In this document: in pieces, positions 25,876 to 37,464 of the stretch
Position numbering within the stretch: position 1 is the first letter of the stretch
How the letters are laid out: every line of letters begins with the position of its first letter
Assembly: GCA_951406725.2 (NCBI GenBank)
Contig: OX597820.1
Coordinates: 14,756,001 to 14,820,000, forward strand
Length of the DNA: 64,000 nt
Origin: Octopus vulgaris
Taxonomy: Eukaryota
Direction: 5' to 3'
Program-made: the position numbers and the translations under genes
The notes under the pieces: generated by a model
Database searches by the model: none
Told to the model about the DNA's origin: nothing
Seen by the model: the letters and a program-made list of their open reading frames with translations, nothing else

Positions 25876-26291
25876 CTCTTTTACTTGTTTCATTCATTTG
25901 ACTGCAGCCATGCTGGAGCACCACCTTTAGTCGAGCAAATCGACCCCCAAGACTTATTCTTTGTAAACCTAGTACTTATTCTATCAGTCTCTTTTGCTAA
26001 ACTGCTAAGTTACGGTGACATAAACACACCAGCATTGGTTGTCAAGCAATGTTGGTGGAACAAACACAGACACACAAACATACACACACACACACACACA
26101 CACATACACACACACATATATATACATACATATATACGACAGGCTTCTTTCAGTTTCTGTCTACCAAATCCGCTCAAAACTTTGGTCGGCCCAAGGCTAT
26201 AGTAGAAGACACTTTTCCAAGGTGCCACGTAGTAGGACTGAACCCGGAACCATGTGGTTCGTAAGCAAGCTACTTACCACACAACCACTCA
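25876..26291 (-). mobile_element. tRNA-headed SINE family 3 with internal (CA)/(TA) microsatellite
   Basis: cttgtttcattcatttgactgcagccatgctggagcacc...ggctatagtagaagacact...aaccatgtggtt...cttaccacac. Other copies at about 962-1107, 17060-17355, 33210-33344, 35167-35490, 35573-35918, 39980-40170 and 47690-47998. Confidence 0.8.
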
Positions 26292-26591
26292 TACGCTTTA
26301 CATTTGACACTAATCTGAATGCTAAAGGGTTAAGTACTCTGATTATGTCTATTTTATTTTCTGTATTAATGTCCGAAACCTTTTGTATTCATGTCTATAA
26401 ACTCAAATAGGATTTCTATTTTTTTTCTTCTTTTGTGATTTCATGAATGGATAAACGATTCATTTTGGTTTCTTTATTTTAGGAAAATATATTACAATAT
26501 GTTTTTGATTTTTTTATCATTTGTTTTTGACATTTTGTTTATTGATTATAAACATCATTAACGTTGAGCTTTTTGTCTTTGTGTTTTCCAG

Positions 26592-28094
26592 ATTGGAGTG
26601 GCCAGTCTTAGTATGTCACATGGTGGTCATCGACCTGAGGAAATGAAGTCTGACTCTGTACACCCTCACATTGCCGGTCACCATCATCATCCTGGTCATC
26701 ACCATACAGCAGAGGAAGAAGAGTATGTTATTGAAGTGGACAGTGATCTAAGCCCCACAGGGCCAGATATTATCAGGGAGGTGGATCATGACCACCACAA
26801 TGTAAAAGTGAAATTGAAACGGAGGCGGCGTTGTGGAATTTGTGGTCCTTGTCAAATCAAGCAGAACTGCGGCCGTTGTCACTACTGTCTGCGTCGGGAT
26901 GTCTTAAAGCAGACATGTGTCTACCGCAAGTGTGTCTACTTGAGGAGCAAACCACGGAGCATGAGCCCAAAGGAAAATGTTTCTATGTCTGCTCTCAACT
27001 TGCAGTCAGGACTTGGCGTTGCCACACCAACGGACCTTAGTATCCGAACCAGCCTAACGCAAACTACTTCAGGGACGTCTTCGAATGACTTTCAAGGACT
27101 CTCGTCTATGTACCACCATCCAGATCTTGATTCGAGAGCCTTCACTGGTAGTTCGCCCTCAATTCCATTGCATCATGATCCGGTCATCCCATCAAGGATG
27201 AACCCGTATATGGGAGGTGCTCACACTGGACCTTACCCAATCAATATGTTTCCTAGCAGCAGTTTAGCTGCCAACTCAAGTTTACCAAGTCCATTTCAGA
27301 TGGGTAGCTGTAGTAATAGCCCGTTCCGGTATCCTTGGATGCCCGGTTCATTTGCAAGACCATCTGTTGTGTCCAGTCCCACTGATCTTCTCCGGCCATC
27401 GCCATCTTGGCCTCCCCCTCCGCCACCAACTCATGGACTTTCCTCCACGCACCAAAGAATGGCTTCAGACTTTGGCGCAAACTCATTTCAAAAGGATATG
27501 CCATTTATGAAACGGCGCTCGCAACAGGATCTTTTGCAAAATAGACAGAGACTTCCATCTTGTAGCAGATCGCTGGCTCCAATGTGTGGAAGTTCCCCTA
27601 GTGGGTGTGAGACCCCAGCTTGTTTCAACTCGGATGCATTGGTAATGCGTGAAAAATACAGCTGTTTCCCTGGGCAGGGCTCTCGATCTATAGGCTGCGA
27701 CAATAGTGGTCACATGACATCAGGGACTTTGAATAGTAGCTACAACCGAGGATGTGCATCGTCACAGCATGAGTGTGACGTCATCGGCATTGACGATTTG
27801 CAGGTGAATGCCTTTATCAGAGCTAGTGGCTATAACGGTTTAGACATAGAGGTAGATATATCAAAATTGCCTATTGTACCCAGCAGTGGGAAGAGTAAAG
27901 GCAAATCCACTCTCAATGGAATGGTAAGCATTACGCAGGACTTAGGAGACAAGGGTACTGTGGAATTACAGGTACCAGGGTACAAAGTAACCTTAGAAGA
28001 TCACATTAATGTCGATGAAATGCTTGCCAAGTACACTCGTAGTTTAAAACCTAGTTACGCTTTGAAACAACCAAAGATTGAATTAATAGATTAG
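26592..28094 (+). CDS. Large terminal coding exon of a CXXC zinc-finger protein (TET/IDAX-type CXXC; CXXC4/CXXC5-like domain)
   Basis: 500 open codons to TAG at 28092-28094. Polypyrimidine tract and AG acceptor (tttttgtctttgtgttttccag, AG at 26590-26591). Encodes KLKRRRR-CGICGPC-QIKQN-CGRCHYC-LRRDVLKQT-CVYRKC (Cys codons 26832-26933), the 8-Cys zf-CXXC pattern without KFGG. Complex, GC-richer sequence unlike the flanks. Confidence 0.92.
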   Translation: MGVASLSMSHGGHRPEEMKSDSVHPHIAGHHHHPGHHHTAEEEEYVIEVDSDLSPTGPDIIREVDHDHHNVKVKLKRRRRCGICGPCQIKQNCGRCHYCLRRDVLKQTCVYRKCVYLRSKPRSMSPKENVSMSALNLQSGLGVATPTDLSIRTSLTQTTSGTSSNDFQGLSSMYHHPDLDSRAFTGSSPSIPLHHDPVIPSRMNPYMGGAHTGPYPINMFPSSSLAANSSLPSPFQMGSCSNSPFRYPWMPGSFARPSVVSSPTDLLRPSPSWPPPPPPTHGLSSTHQRMASDFGANSFQKDMPFMKRRSQQDLLQNRQRLPSCSRSLAPMCGSSPSGCETPACFNSDALVMREKYSCFPGQGSRSIGCDNSGHMTSGTLNSSYNRGCASSQHECDVIGIDDLQVNAFIRASGYNGLDIEVDISKLPIVPSSGKSKGKSTLNGMVSITQDLGDKGTVELQVPGYKVTLEDHINVDEMLAKYTRSLKPSYALKQPKIELID

Positions 28095-28494
28095 GGAACT
28101 AATTGTTTTATTTCTCTCATCTTTTCTTCTTTAATAATTTGGGGACTGTCGAAGTATTATGTGTGATTGTTTGCGTAGGATATACATATATTATACTCAC
28201 TCATGCGTGTATCTGTGATTGTTTGTGTACATGTATGTATATGATACATACAGACATGCATACATACATATATACATACTGACAGAGAGATTTTAAAGTT
28301 TTGCAAAAAATACTTGATGCAATCACAATACTTAAAAAAAGGTTTTCTTAAAAATTATCAACTTTTTAAAAAATTCTTTTAGTTAGACAGAATGACATGG
28401 ATCTTATACAAAGAAGTTTTGGGTCTTTCCAAGAGGTTTGTGTCATTCGGTTTTTCAAAAAAATTTTCTAAACATAACTTTTAAGAAAACCTTA

Positions 28495-28534
<40 letters not shown>

Positions 28535-29602
28535 CTTGGGTGTTTGTGTATATATATGTGAGTATTAGCTTAAAGTAGATTTTTTTTTAAAAACCGTTAA
28601 CTGCTATGACTAATTAAGCAATGCAATTAATCCTAATAGAAATTCTTGGTTAAGAATTTTAAGGGTCAAAGATATGTTTGAAACTAAAATTGTATATATA
28701 TTGATATTTACATGTATATCATAGATGTATGTGTATCATTTTATACAGACAAATACATACACACACAAACCATGGTCTGGTTAAATGCGACCACATGGCC
28801 TGTGGTTGCAGTATTCAAACCAGGTGTTTGTCTTGTCTGATGACGACCCATCTGTTGTGGGTCCTTCCTCTCATTCCTTTCGTTTACTAGTCTCTAAGGC
28901 CATGCAAAAGATCAATGAGGGCTGTTCCTCCCTTGCTTTAACTTGCAGTTCCCAAAGGTTTTGACTTTGTGGGCACATTGGAGATGAAGTGAAAAAAAAT
29001 TTACCGGTGCATTTCACAAAGAAAGCTTTTGAAAAAATTAAAAAAACCCTTAGAATATTTTAACATTTTAAAAGCTAGATGAAAATATCGAAAGCTATCG
29101 CCAAAAAATGTTTTATTAATTTACTTGTATATAACAAAATTATGAATTTACACATTTACACATTTTTTAAAATGCTTAAATATTAGTATCAATTTTCTAA
29201 AGCCTTAATTATATTTTTTAAAGTTCGTGGCACAACTTAGTACCCTTTGTGACGCACAGTTTAAGAATCTTTGGAATAACCAATTAAACTTAGCCCATGC
29301 AGGCTACTGTATAAATTTATTATACACAATAATATGTATATAGTAATCTGCATGTGTGTGTATATATATATATAGCATTACTGTATACAGTTTAGTTTCT
29401 GAAAATGTGCCAGAAAGCAATAAATGCTAAATTTAATATGAAAATGATATTAAAATGTGTGTGGGTATGGACAAGGGAAAGAGGGGTTTGTACACACACA
29501 CACATGTACCCAAATATTGTAGGTGTCTTTGATTGTTTTTGGGAATGGTTAGGCTGAGTTTTAGTCTAAAAGATGGTTGGACAAGCGTCTCTCTTTAATA
29601 AA
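28095..29602 (+). other. Probable 3' UTR of the CXXC gene with candidate poly(A) signals
   Basis: AT-rich, SINE-free stretch after the stop, with AATAAA at 29419-29424 and 29597-29602. The true end is unknown and could extend to about 30.3 kb. Confidence 0.45.
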
Positions 29603-30714
29603 AAGAATATTTTTTTACAAAGGAAAGAAGTTAGATATAGTTGCAGTGATATTTCTAGCAGCAGTAATTAATTTCTTTGATTTAAAACATTAATATACAT
29701 ATATATATATATATATATGTTGTATATATATAGTATAATATTATAATATGTTATATATAATATAATATAAATGTTTTTGTCTGTCAGCAAATTGTGGGTT
29801 GGGCTAGAAAGTTACCTGGTAATGCTTAATGTTTTGAGGTGGGGAAGGAAAAGAATTCCCTTTTATTATTGTTTAATGTCTTGGTCCTCCCCCACCTTTA
29901 CCTAAATGCTTTGTTTTTTTATCCTTTCATAAATGTGATTTTAAAATTCTACTAAGGTAACCTCCTTCTTATAATATGACTAACATACCATGTTTGAAAA
30001 GACAATTTTTTTTTTTTTGATAATCCCCATTTTGCTAAATATTTTTTTTCATTTTTTATTTTCTTTTTCATTTTTGTTGTTGTTGTTGTCCCAATTTTAT
30101 TTTCTTTGAAATTTATCTTCATTACAGTTATGATACGTTTTTTTTTTTTTTTATATACATATATACTTTCCAATTGATACGTCTATAAAATCTGTGTGCG
30201 TGCACCTGTGCATGTATGCGTGCGTGTATGTTGAAAATTCTCAAGATATACCTTATTTTACATTTTACTAAAGAGAAACTAATTGAGTTTCCTTGCTTTA
30301 AAAGTTCAAAAAAAAAAAGAAGAAAAAAGAAAGCAATCAACGCAACAAAAGGTCACATTTGTGGTTAGCTTTTATATCTAAGTAGATGCATGTATACATA
30401 TTATATACGTCTGTGTATGTAAAGCAGTGAAGTTAACGCACGTATAGAAGGTGCAACTTGGCACTCAATATTTTGCAGTATTTAGCTGGATTCTAATTTT
30501 TGCAGAGCCGACTTCATTCGCCACCCCTTACACAATATACAGGAAATGTGATTATCGTTCTTCCCACCATTTATAAGCCAAATATATCCCAGTGTTCAAG
30601 AAAAACATACAATTCTCTATATGCACTCCGAGTTACAGTTATTTAGATTTTTTTTCTTTTTATGTCCACTTATATATATTATTATATATTAGTATTATTA
30701 TTGTTTCAACAAGT

Positions 30715-31640
30715 CTGAATTTCTGTGAGTTTATCTGTGTGTGTGTGAGAGAGTCTGTTTATCTGCGAGTTTGTATTTCTGTGAGTCTGTCTGTCTTTCT
30801 GTGAGTCTGTCTGTCTTTCTGTGAGTCTGCCTGTATCTTCGTGAGTCTGTATTTCTGCGAGTCTATCTGTATATGTGTGTGTGTCTGTCTGTTTTTCTGC
30901 GAGTTTGTATTTCTGTGAGTCTGCCTGTATCTCCGTGAGTGTATATTTCTGTGAGTCTATCTGTATATGTGTGTGTGTCTGTCTGTCTTTCTGTGAGTCT
31001 GCCTGTATCTCTGTGAGTGTATATTTCTGCGAGTCTATCTGTACATGTGTGTGTGTGTCTGTTTTTCTGCGAGTTTGTATTTCTGTGAGTCTGTCTGACT
31101 TTCTGTGAGTCTGCCTGTATCTCCGTGAGTCTGTATTTCTGCGAGTCTATCTGTATATGTGTGTGTCTGTCTGTTTTTCTGTGAGTCTGCCTGTATCTCC
31201 GTGGGTCTGTATTTTTGCGAGTCTATCTGTATGTGTGTGTGTCTATCTGTTTTTCTGTGAGTCTGTCTGTTTCTCTGTGAGTCTGTATTTCTGCGAGTCT
31301 ATCTGTATATGTGTGTGTGTGTCTGTCTGTTTTTCTGCGAGTTTGTATTTCTGTGAGTCTGTCTGTCATTCTGTGAGTCTATCTGTATCTCCGTGAGTCT
31401 GTATTTCTGCGAACTCTGTATCTGTATATGTGTGCGTATGTGTCTGTTTTTCTGCGAGTTTGTATTTCTGTGAGTCTGTATTTCTGCGAGTCTATCTGTA
31501 TATGTGTGTGTGTGTCTGTCTGTCTGTCTTTCTGTGAGTCTGTCTGTATCTCCATGAGTCTGTATTTCTGCGAGTCTGTTTGTATGTGTGTGTGTCTGTA
31601 TTTCTGTGAATCTGTCGGTATTTTTCTGAGTCTCTCTCAA
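30715..31640. repeat. Compound minisatellite (about 85-100-bp higher-order unit built from gagtctgtatttctg[c/t] subunits)
   Basis: Repeated ctgcgagtttgtatttctgtgagtctgcctgtatctccgtgagt...tgtgtgtgtctgt blocks. Confidence 0.9.
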
Positions 31641-32317
31641 TGTTTGTAGAAGTATGTGTGTTTCCATATTGTTGTTGCTGTTGAGCTCACTTTATTTATT
31701 TTGCATCGCATTCTGTGAACAATTCATTGATTGCATGATTCTGTCAGGAAAATCACTGATCCACTGCATTCACTACGACAGACACGACAAAGGAGCATCT
31801 GTGCAACTCGGGTGGAACAAATACTAACGAGATATTTCTCTTCGAAGGCACTGAATTATCAATTTTCATACCGGTGTTTACATCTTTCACTGATATTCAT
31901 TGCCGCCGAAAAAAAAAGGGGGTAGGTCTATGTAGTTTCCACTCTCTAAATTCTACTTCCAAAGCGTTGGTCAATCCAAGGCACTTACTCAAAGTGCCAT
32001 ACAAATGAACTCAGTCTGTGAAGTGGACTTGTTAATTACAAAACTAAGCTTGTTTGCACACATGGCTGAGTATACCTTATGGGTCAGTGGTTCAGTAGTT
32101 GTAGTGTCACCACCCTGGTGGCAATACTATTGTGTTTGTGATCATGTTATAGTTTGCACTGTTGTTGTTGTTGTTGTTGTTACTCTTCCCCCTTCATGCT
32201 TCAGTGGATACTTGACATTCAGGTACATCTTTGATTTAACTGGCTCATTTCCTTGACATTTCTGTGTATTTTTTGTTGTCCTGTATTACAGGACAAACTG
32301 AAGATTTAGAATTTTAA

Positions 32318-32527
32318 CCCTTTCGTTACCAAACCAGCTCTGGCTCTGAGTACAAATGTCTTGTTTTCATAAGTTTTGAATTGAAATCTTCCACCAAACC
32401 ATAATCACAATTTATGTTCCTAACACTAGCTTAATGATAACTAAGTTATTTTACTAAATTCTTTGTTATGTTTAAAGTAATTAAAAGAAACACAGAGCAT
32501 CTGAACAGAAATACAGTAACAAAAGAG
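32318..32527. mobile_element. piggyBac-type MITE (family A)
   Basis: TTAA|ccctttcgttacc...gtaacaaaagag|TTAA; internal sequence closely matches the copies at 1.9-2.3 kb and 19.5-20 kb. Confidence 0.8.
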
Positions 32528-32964
32528 TTAAAAATGGGAGAAAAAATTGTAAAGAAAGAAACAAGGAGAGCTATTTTGAAGGTGACACTGAAGGTCTGCT
32601 GGGTTAGATTTAAATGCGAAATTAGACAGGCCAAGTCTTTATCACTTAATAAATACACTCTCATTAATTCATATGTTGGTTGTAGAGTCTTCAGATGGTT
32701 CTTCGTTAACCATTTCCTTCTGACAATATCCTGTGAAATGGCTTTAACCAGTGTAAATATATTTGCGGATTGTAAAGTGTGTGTGTGTGTGTTTTATACT
32801 CTTACAGGGCTGATAGTGGCTTTGAAGTTTTGGCCTGCTAGCTTTTGTAAGACTCTGGCAAAGAGTAACAGGCTGAAACTTCGAAGTCACTGTTATCCGT
32901 CTTATTATAAAAGTTTTTAAAAATATGTACTCTTTGAAAGGTATTGAGTACTTCTTCTGTTTAA

Positions 32965-33189
32965 GCCTTTAGCATTCAGATTATTTTGTTGAATGCAAAG
33001 CTTTTTTATGCTTATTCATTTGATTCGAATTAATCCTTCATTATTTCGTGGCTTTGAGATTTCAATGATGTGACTGCTTATTTCCAGAATAATATTGTAG
33101 GGTAGGTGTGAAAGGCTGGATACAGCCAGCTTGAACCTGAAACACGTAGAATGTTAGGGCCGTATATGGCCGGTTTAAATGCTGAAGGG
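32965..33189. mobile_element. piggyBac-type MITE (family B)
   Basis: ttaa|gcctttagcattcaga...aatgctgaaggg, homologous to 33515-33731 and 34604-34814. Confidence 0.7.
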
Positions 33190-33514
33190 GTAAATGTTAA
33201 ATTGATTTACTCTTTTACTTGTTTCAGTCATTTGACTGCGGCCATGCTGGAGCACCGCCTTTAGTCAAGCAAATCGACCCCGGGACTTATTCTTTGTAAG
33301 CCCAGTACTTATTCTATTGGTCTGTTTTGCCGAACCGCTAAGTGATTTAATGATAATTCAACCGGAAAACAAACATATGTGTACGTGTTTGTTTGGATGC
33401 ATTTATATGTGTGTGTGTGTGTGTATTACATATATAGTGTGGTGTGATGGTTTTAGACAAAAGTGACAAGGCTTGTGTCTCATTGGACTGCATACGTATG
33501 AAATGCAAGTTTAA

Positions 33515-33731
33515 CTCTTTGGCATTCAGATTTCTTTGTCAAATGTAATGCTTATTTATTCATTGTTTTGAATTAATCATGCATTGTCTTGTAGAATTAA
33601 GACTCCAATGGTGCGTTTGTATATTTTAGAATGACATTGTAGGGTAGGTGCGAGAGATTGGATCTGGTCATTTTTGACTTAAAATAGATAAAATATTTGG
33701 GCCAGATATGACCGGATTAAATGTGATAGGC
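33515..33731. mobile_element. piggyBac-type MITE (family B)
   Basis: TTAA-flanked, homologous to 32965-33189. Confidence 0.7.
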
Positions 33732-34009
33732 TTAAAATTGCTTATCAGTTATTTCATTGTGTTCCCAGTCAGGCATCTCTTCAATAAACATCAGATTATT
33801 TACAAGAATCTTTCCTTCTAACCTATTCTTAACCTTTTGCTTATCGAGACCATTTTCATAAGTCTATCTTAAAGGTCTATGCTCGTTTCCAGAGTTTTAA
33901 TTAGCCCTTGTTTCATAAGTTCTGAGAAATGTAATACTTTCCTGTCATAAATCCCAGGTTAATCTGGTAGTTGAAAAAAACCCCAGAGAATCATCATCAC
34001 CATATTCAT

Positions 34010-34385
34010 CCTCATTATCGTTTAACGCCCGTTTTCCAAGCTGGCATGGGTTGGATGGTTTGACTGGGGATTGGCAAAGCTGGAGGTTGCACCAGGCTCC
34101 AATCTGATCTGGCAATGTTTCTACAGCTGGATGCTATTCCTAACGCCAACTACTCCAAGGGTGTAGTGGGTGCTTTTTACATGCCAGCAGTCGGGTGGCA
34201 CTGACATCAGCTACGTTTGGATGGTACCGGCACAGGAGCCAGTCACGGCAGGGGAGGATGGCCTCAACCACATTCGGATGGTGCTTTTTACATGCCACCA
34301 GCACGGGGAGCCAGTCAGGTGGCACTGGCAACGACCCACGTATGAATGGTGCTTATTGCATGCCACCAGCATGGGAGCCAGTCAG
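34010..34385 (-). mobile_element. SINE family 1
   Basis: Same core and internal modules. Confidence 0.75.
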
Positions 34386-34603
34386 TGAATTATTGTATAC
34401 AATCAGTCAATGTATTGTATATAATGCATGGACGCTACAGAAATATATTTCCTGTGTATCACATGTTATACAGGACAGGCAAAGGCTTATATAAATAGAG
34501 TATTTCATACAGAAGAAAGAACCTCATATTTGATATAATTTAGCATGGCCAGTGTGTATAAACCTTGCGTCTTAAATTCTACTAAAGTGAACTTCACTTT
34601 TAA

Positions 34604-34814
34604 CCCTTTTGGTATTCAGATTACTCAGTCAAATTTATTTACATTGTTTTGAATTAATCATACATTATCTTGTAGCTTTGAGATTTCAATGATGTGATTG
34701 TTTATTTTTCACTATGACATTGTAGAGTAGGTGTGAAATGTTGGATCTGGTCAGTTTGAACATAAAAGGAGGCAGAATATTTTAGCCAGACATGATTGGT
34801 TTGAACGCTAAGGG
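34604..34814. mobile_element. piggyBac-type MITE (family B)
   Basis: ttaa|cccttttggtattcaga...gctaaggg, homologous to the other family B copies. Confidence 0.7.
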
Positions 34815-37320
34815 ATCAGTAAAATTCTTCCACTTCCATGGGAGAATTGATTCTAAAGGCTGTTGCCTCGATATATCACGTAGCTGTTGGATATATCACA
34901 CAGCTTGTGGATTCTAAAGAAGTTTGCAGGAAATTAAACTGTAACAAAGTGGAAACTTCTCTCCATGTTCTGCCAACTTGGTCTGACCTCCGTATTAAAG
35001 TGAGAATATAATCCATTTCTTACGTGAACCTGTAGAAAAAAAATATAGATCTTATGTTTGTGCACTGATGTGCATAAGCATGCACACGCACATATGCAAT
35101 ATTGTATTTTTGTGAAGTTTGATTAGATTTCATATTAGGTGAAGGAATAGAATTGCAGAATAATCTCTTATCTTTTACTTGTTTCAGTCATTTTGATTGT
35201 GGCCATGCTGGGGCACCATCTCGAAGGGAGATTTTAGTTGAAGAAGTCAACCCTAGGACTTGTGTTTTTTTTTAAACCTGGTACATTTTCTGTCGGTCTC
35301 CTTTGCTAAGTTACAGGGATGTAAACACATGGTGGGAGACACACATACACACACGTCAGGCTTCTATAACTTTCCGTCTACCAAACCCAGTCACAAGGCT
35401 TTGGTCAGCCCAAGGCTATAGTAGAAGACACTTGCCCAAGGTGCCACGCAGTGGGACTGAACCTGGAACCACATGGTTGGGAAGCAAGCTTAAGGAAGCA
35501 TTAAGTAGGACCAGTTGTTGACTACTTTCTTTTCCTCTAATTCACCAGTCCAACATCTTTGTCTTTTAAATGGACTGTGACCATGCTGGAGCACCACCTT
35601 GAAGGGTTTTGATCCAACAGATCAACCCCAGTACTAATTTTTGTGTCCTATAACCATTTTTTGCTGAACCACTTAGTTATAGGGATGTAAACAAACCAAC
35701 ACTAGTAGTCAAGCAGCAACGGTGGTAGTGGTGAGTTACATACATGCATCATATATATATATATAATGAGCTTCCATACAGTTTCCATCTTCACTCACAA
35801 GTTATTGGTGAGTCTGGGGCTATAATAGAAGACACTTGCTCAAGGTGCTGTGCCGTGGGACTGAACCCAAAGCCATGTGGATGCAAAGTAAGCTTTTTAG
35901 CCTCACAGCCATGCTGGCACCAATATAAAAAGTATAAAGTGTGCAGTTAATTAATTATCAATTAGTTATTACAATTATCTTTTTTTTGAAAAAAAAACCT
36001 AGACAAAAAAAAAATATCCTCATTATTTATTTATTTTGTTTGTTTATTTTTCTTAGCTCAAGGCCAATTAACTTAATAAATCAATTCACCTCAGAATAAT
36101 TATAATGGTACCATGTTGAGTTACTGAAGCACGCCTCTTTGTGGTCACTTGTTCTGCTAGACATAGCAGCCAAATTTCTTTCAAATCACTTCTTGCATTG
36201 AACAGTTTCATAAATCATGAGGACACTTTGCCTGGAGAAAATAAATTGGATGGTCATACTTGGAATCATTTTGGTGATTATAGGTTTGTTTAATCAACAC
36301 TTACAGTAACTGGTATGTTGTTTTTTGTTGTTTTTTTTAATTAATTAATACTAGAGAAATGAGAAGCTTAGCTCCCATTACTAGAGCTTGATTCCAGAAA
36401 TATGGTTACTGTACTAGGTACTATAAAACTATGTTTTCTTCATATAGGCAATGGTTTAGGCTTAAACTTCCCTACTTCTTTTAAGAATTTCAATTGGCCC
36501 TTGTTTCATATATTATGTGTAACAGACAACTTTCCTTTCATAGGTCCTAAATTACTTTGGTGGTTGAAAAGAAATTGAGAGGTTTATCACATATGATGCA
36601 TGGATGTCAGAGAAATGTGTCCTGTGTATCACATATGAGTTGCTGGGTGGGTTAAGGGTGCTGAGAATGATCCCAGCTCAGTGACACAAACCCTTGAGGG
36701 CGGTCAGAAAATTTCTTCCCAGTATCTGGTTACTGCATCTCTTTCTTTTACATTTGGATCTCAAATCCAGCTTGGAATATCTTCCCGCATCAGTTGAATA
36801 AGTACTTGTTGTTGTTGATTATCCCTAGATACGTCCTGGTCCTGCTAAGAGTACCTAAGATCAAAGGTGTCCCATCTAAAGCCACACTATCTCCCCAACC
36901 CCCACCAAATATTGTTTTTCCTTTTGTAAAGTTTAAAAAAAAGGAACATTTTTTGCTTTATTTTTGTTTTAAACATAATAGGGTGAATGTCATGAAATTT
37001 GGCTGCTATTTCTAGCTGGTTGTGCGACCATGCAAAGGCTCCTTTCATTGCTTCATGTAAGTACCTGTAATGTACTGGTGCTAATTTGATCAATTATATT
37101 CTCTCCTCCAACCACATGTTCATGGACTTGCGCTAAACTAAAAAGAAAAGCTGTTAATATTGGTGGGGGGTGGGGGTAGTTTGACATGGAAAATGCCAGA
37201 TTAAGATGCCTTACCATATTTAGTCCCACCCCTTTACTATCGGAAATGAAATTTTTCCTGCATCAGGTTTTTTCTTTTTTTTCTTATATTTTAAACATAT
37301 ATACACACATCTACATAATA

Positions 37321-37365
37321 CCATACATACATACATATGTATATATGTACGTATATATATGTATG

Positions 37366-37398
<33 letters not shown>

Positions 37399-37431
37399 GT
37401 ATGTATATATGTATGTATATATGTATGTATG

Positions 37432-37464
<33 letters not shown>

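Noticed and set aside
26598-26600. GTG start assigned by the ORF track
   Set aside because: Eukaryotic gene: the frame opens at a splice acceptor (26592), and the start is ATG 21496 or 26613.
28837-28870. CTGATGA followed by a hairpin in the 3' UTR
   Set aside because: No GAAA box after the stem, so not a hammerhead. The CDS has no in-frame TGA that would need a SECIS.
30715-31640. Repeat array as CRISPR-like or as a Cys-rich coding repeat
   Set aside because: No unique spacers, eukaryotic context, and stops and frameshifts between units.
32446-32920. 150-aa and 72-aa ORFs
   Set aside because: Partly inside a MITE and a (TG)n tract, with no recognisable domain.
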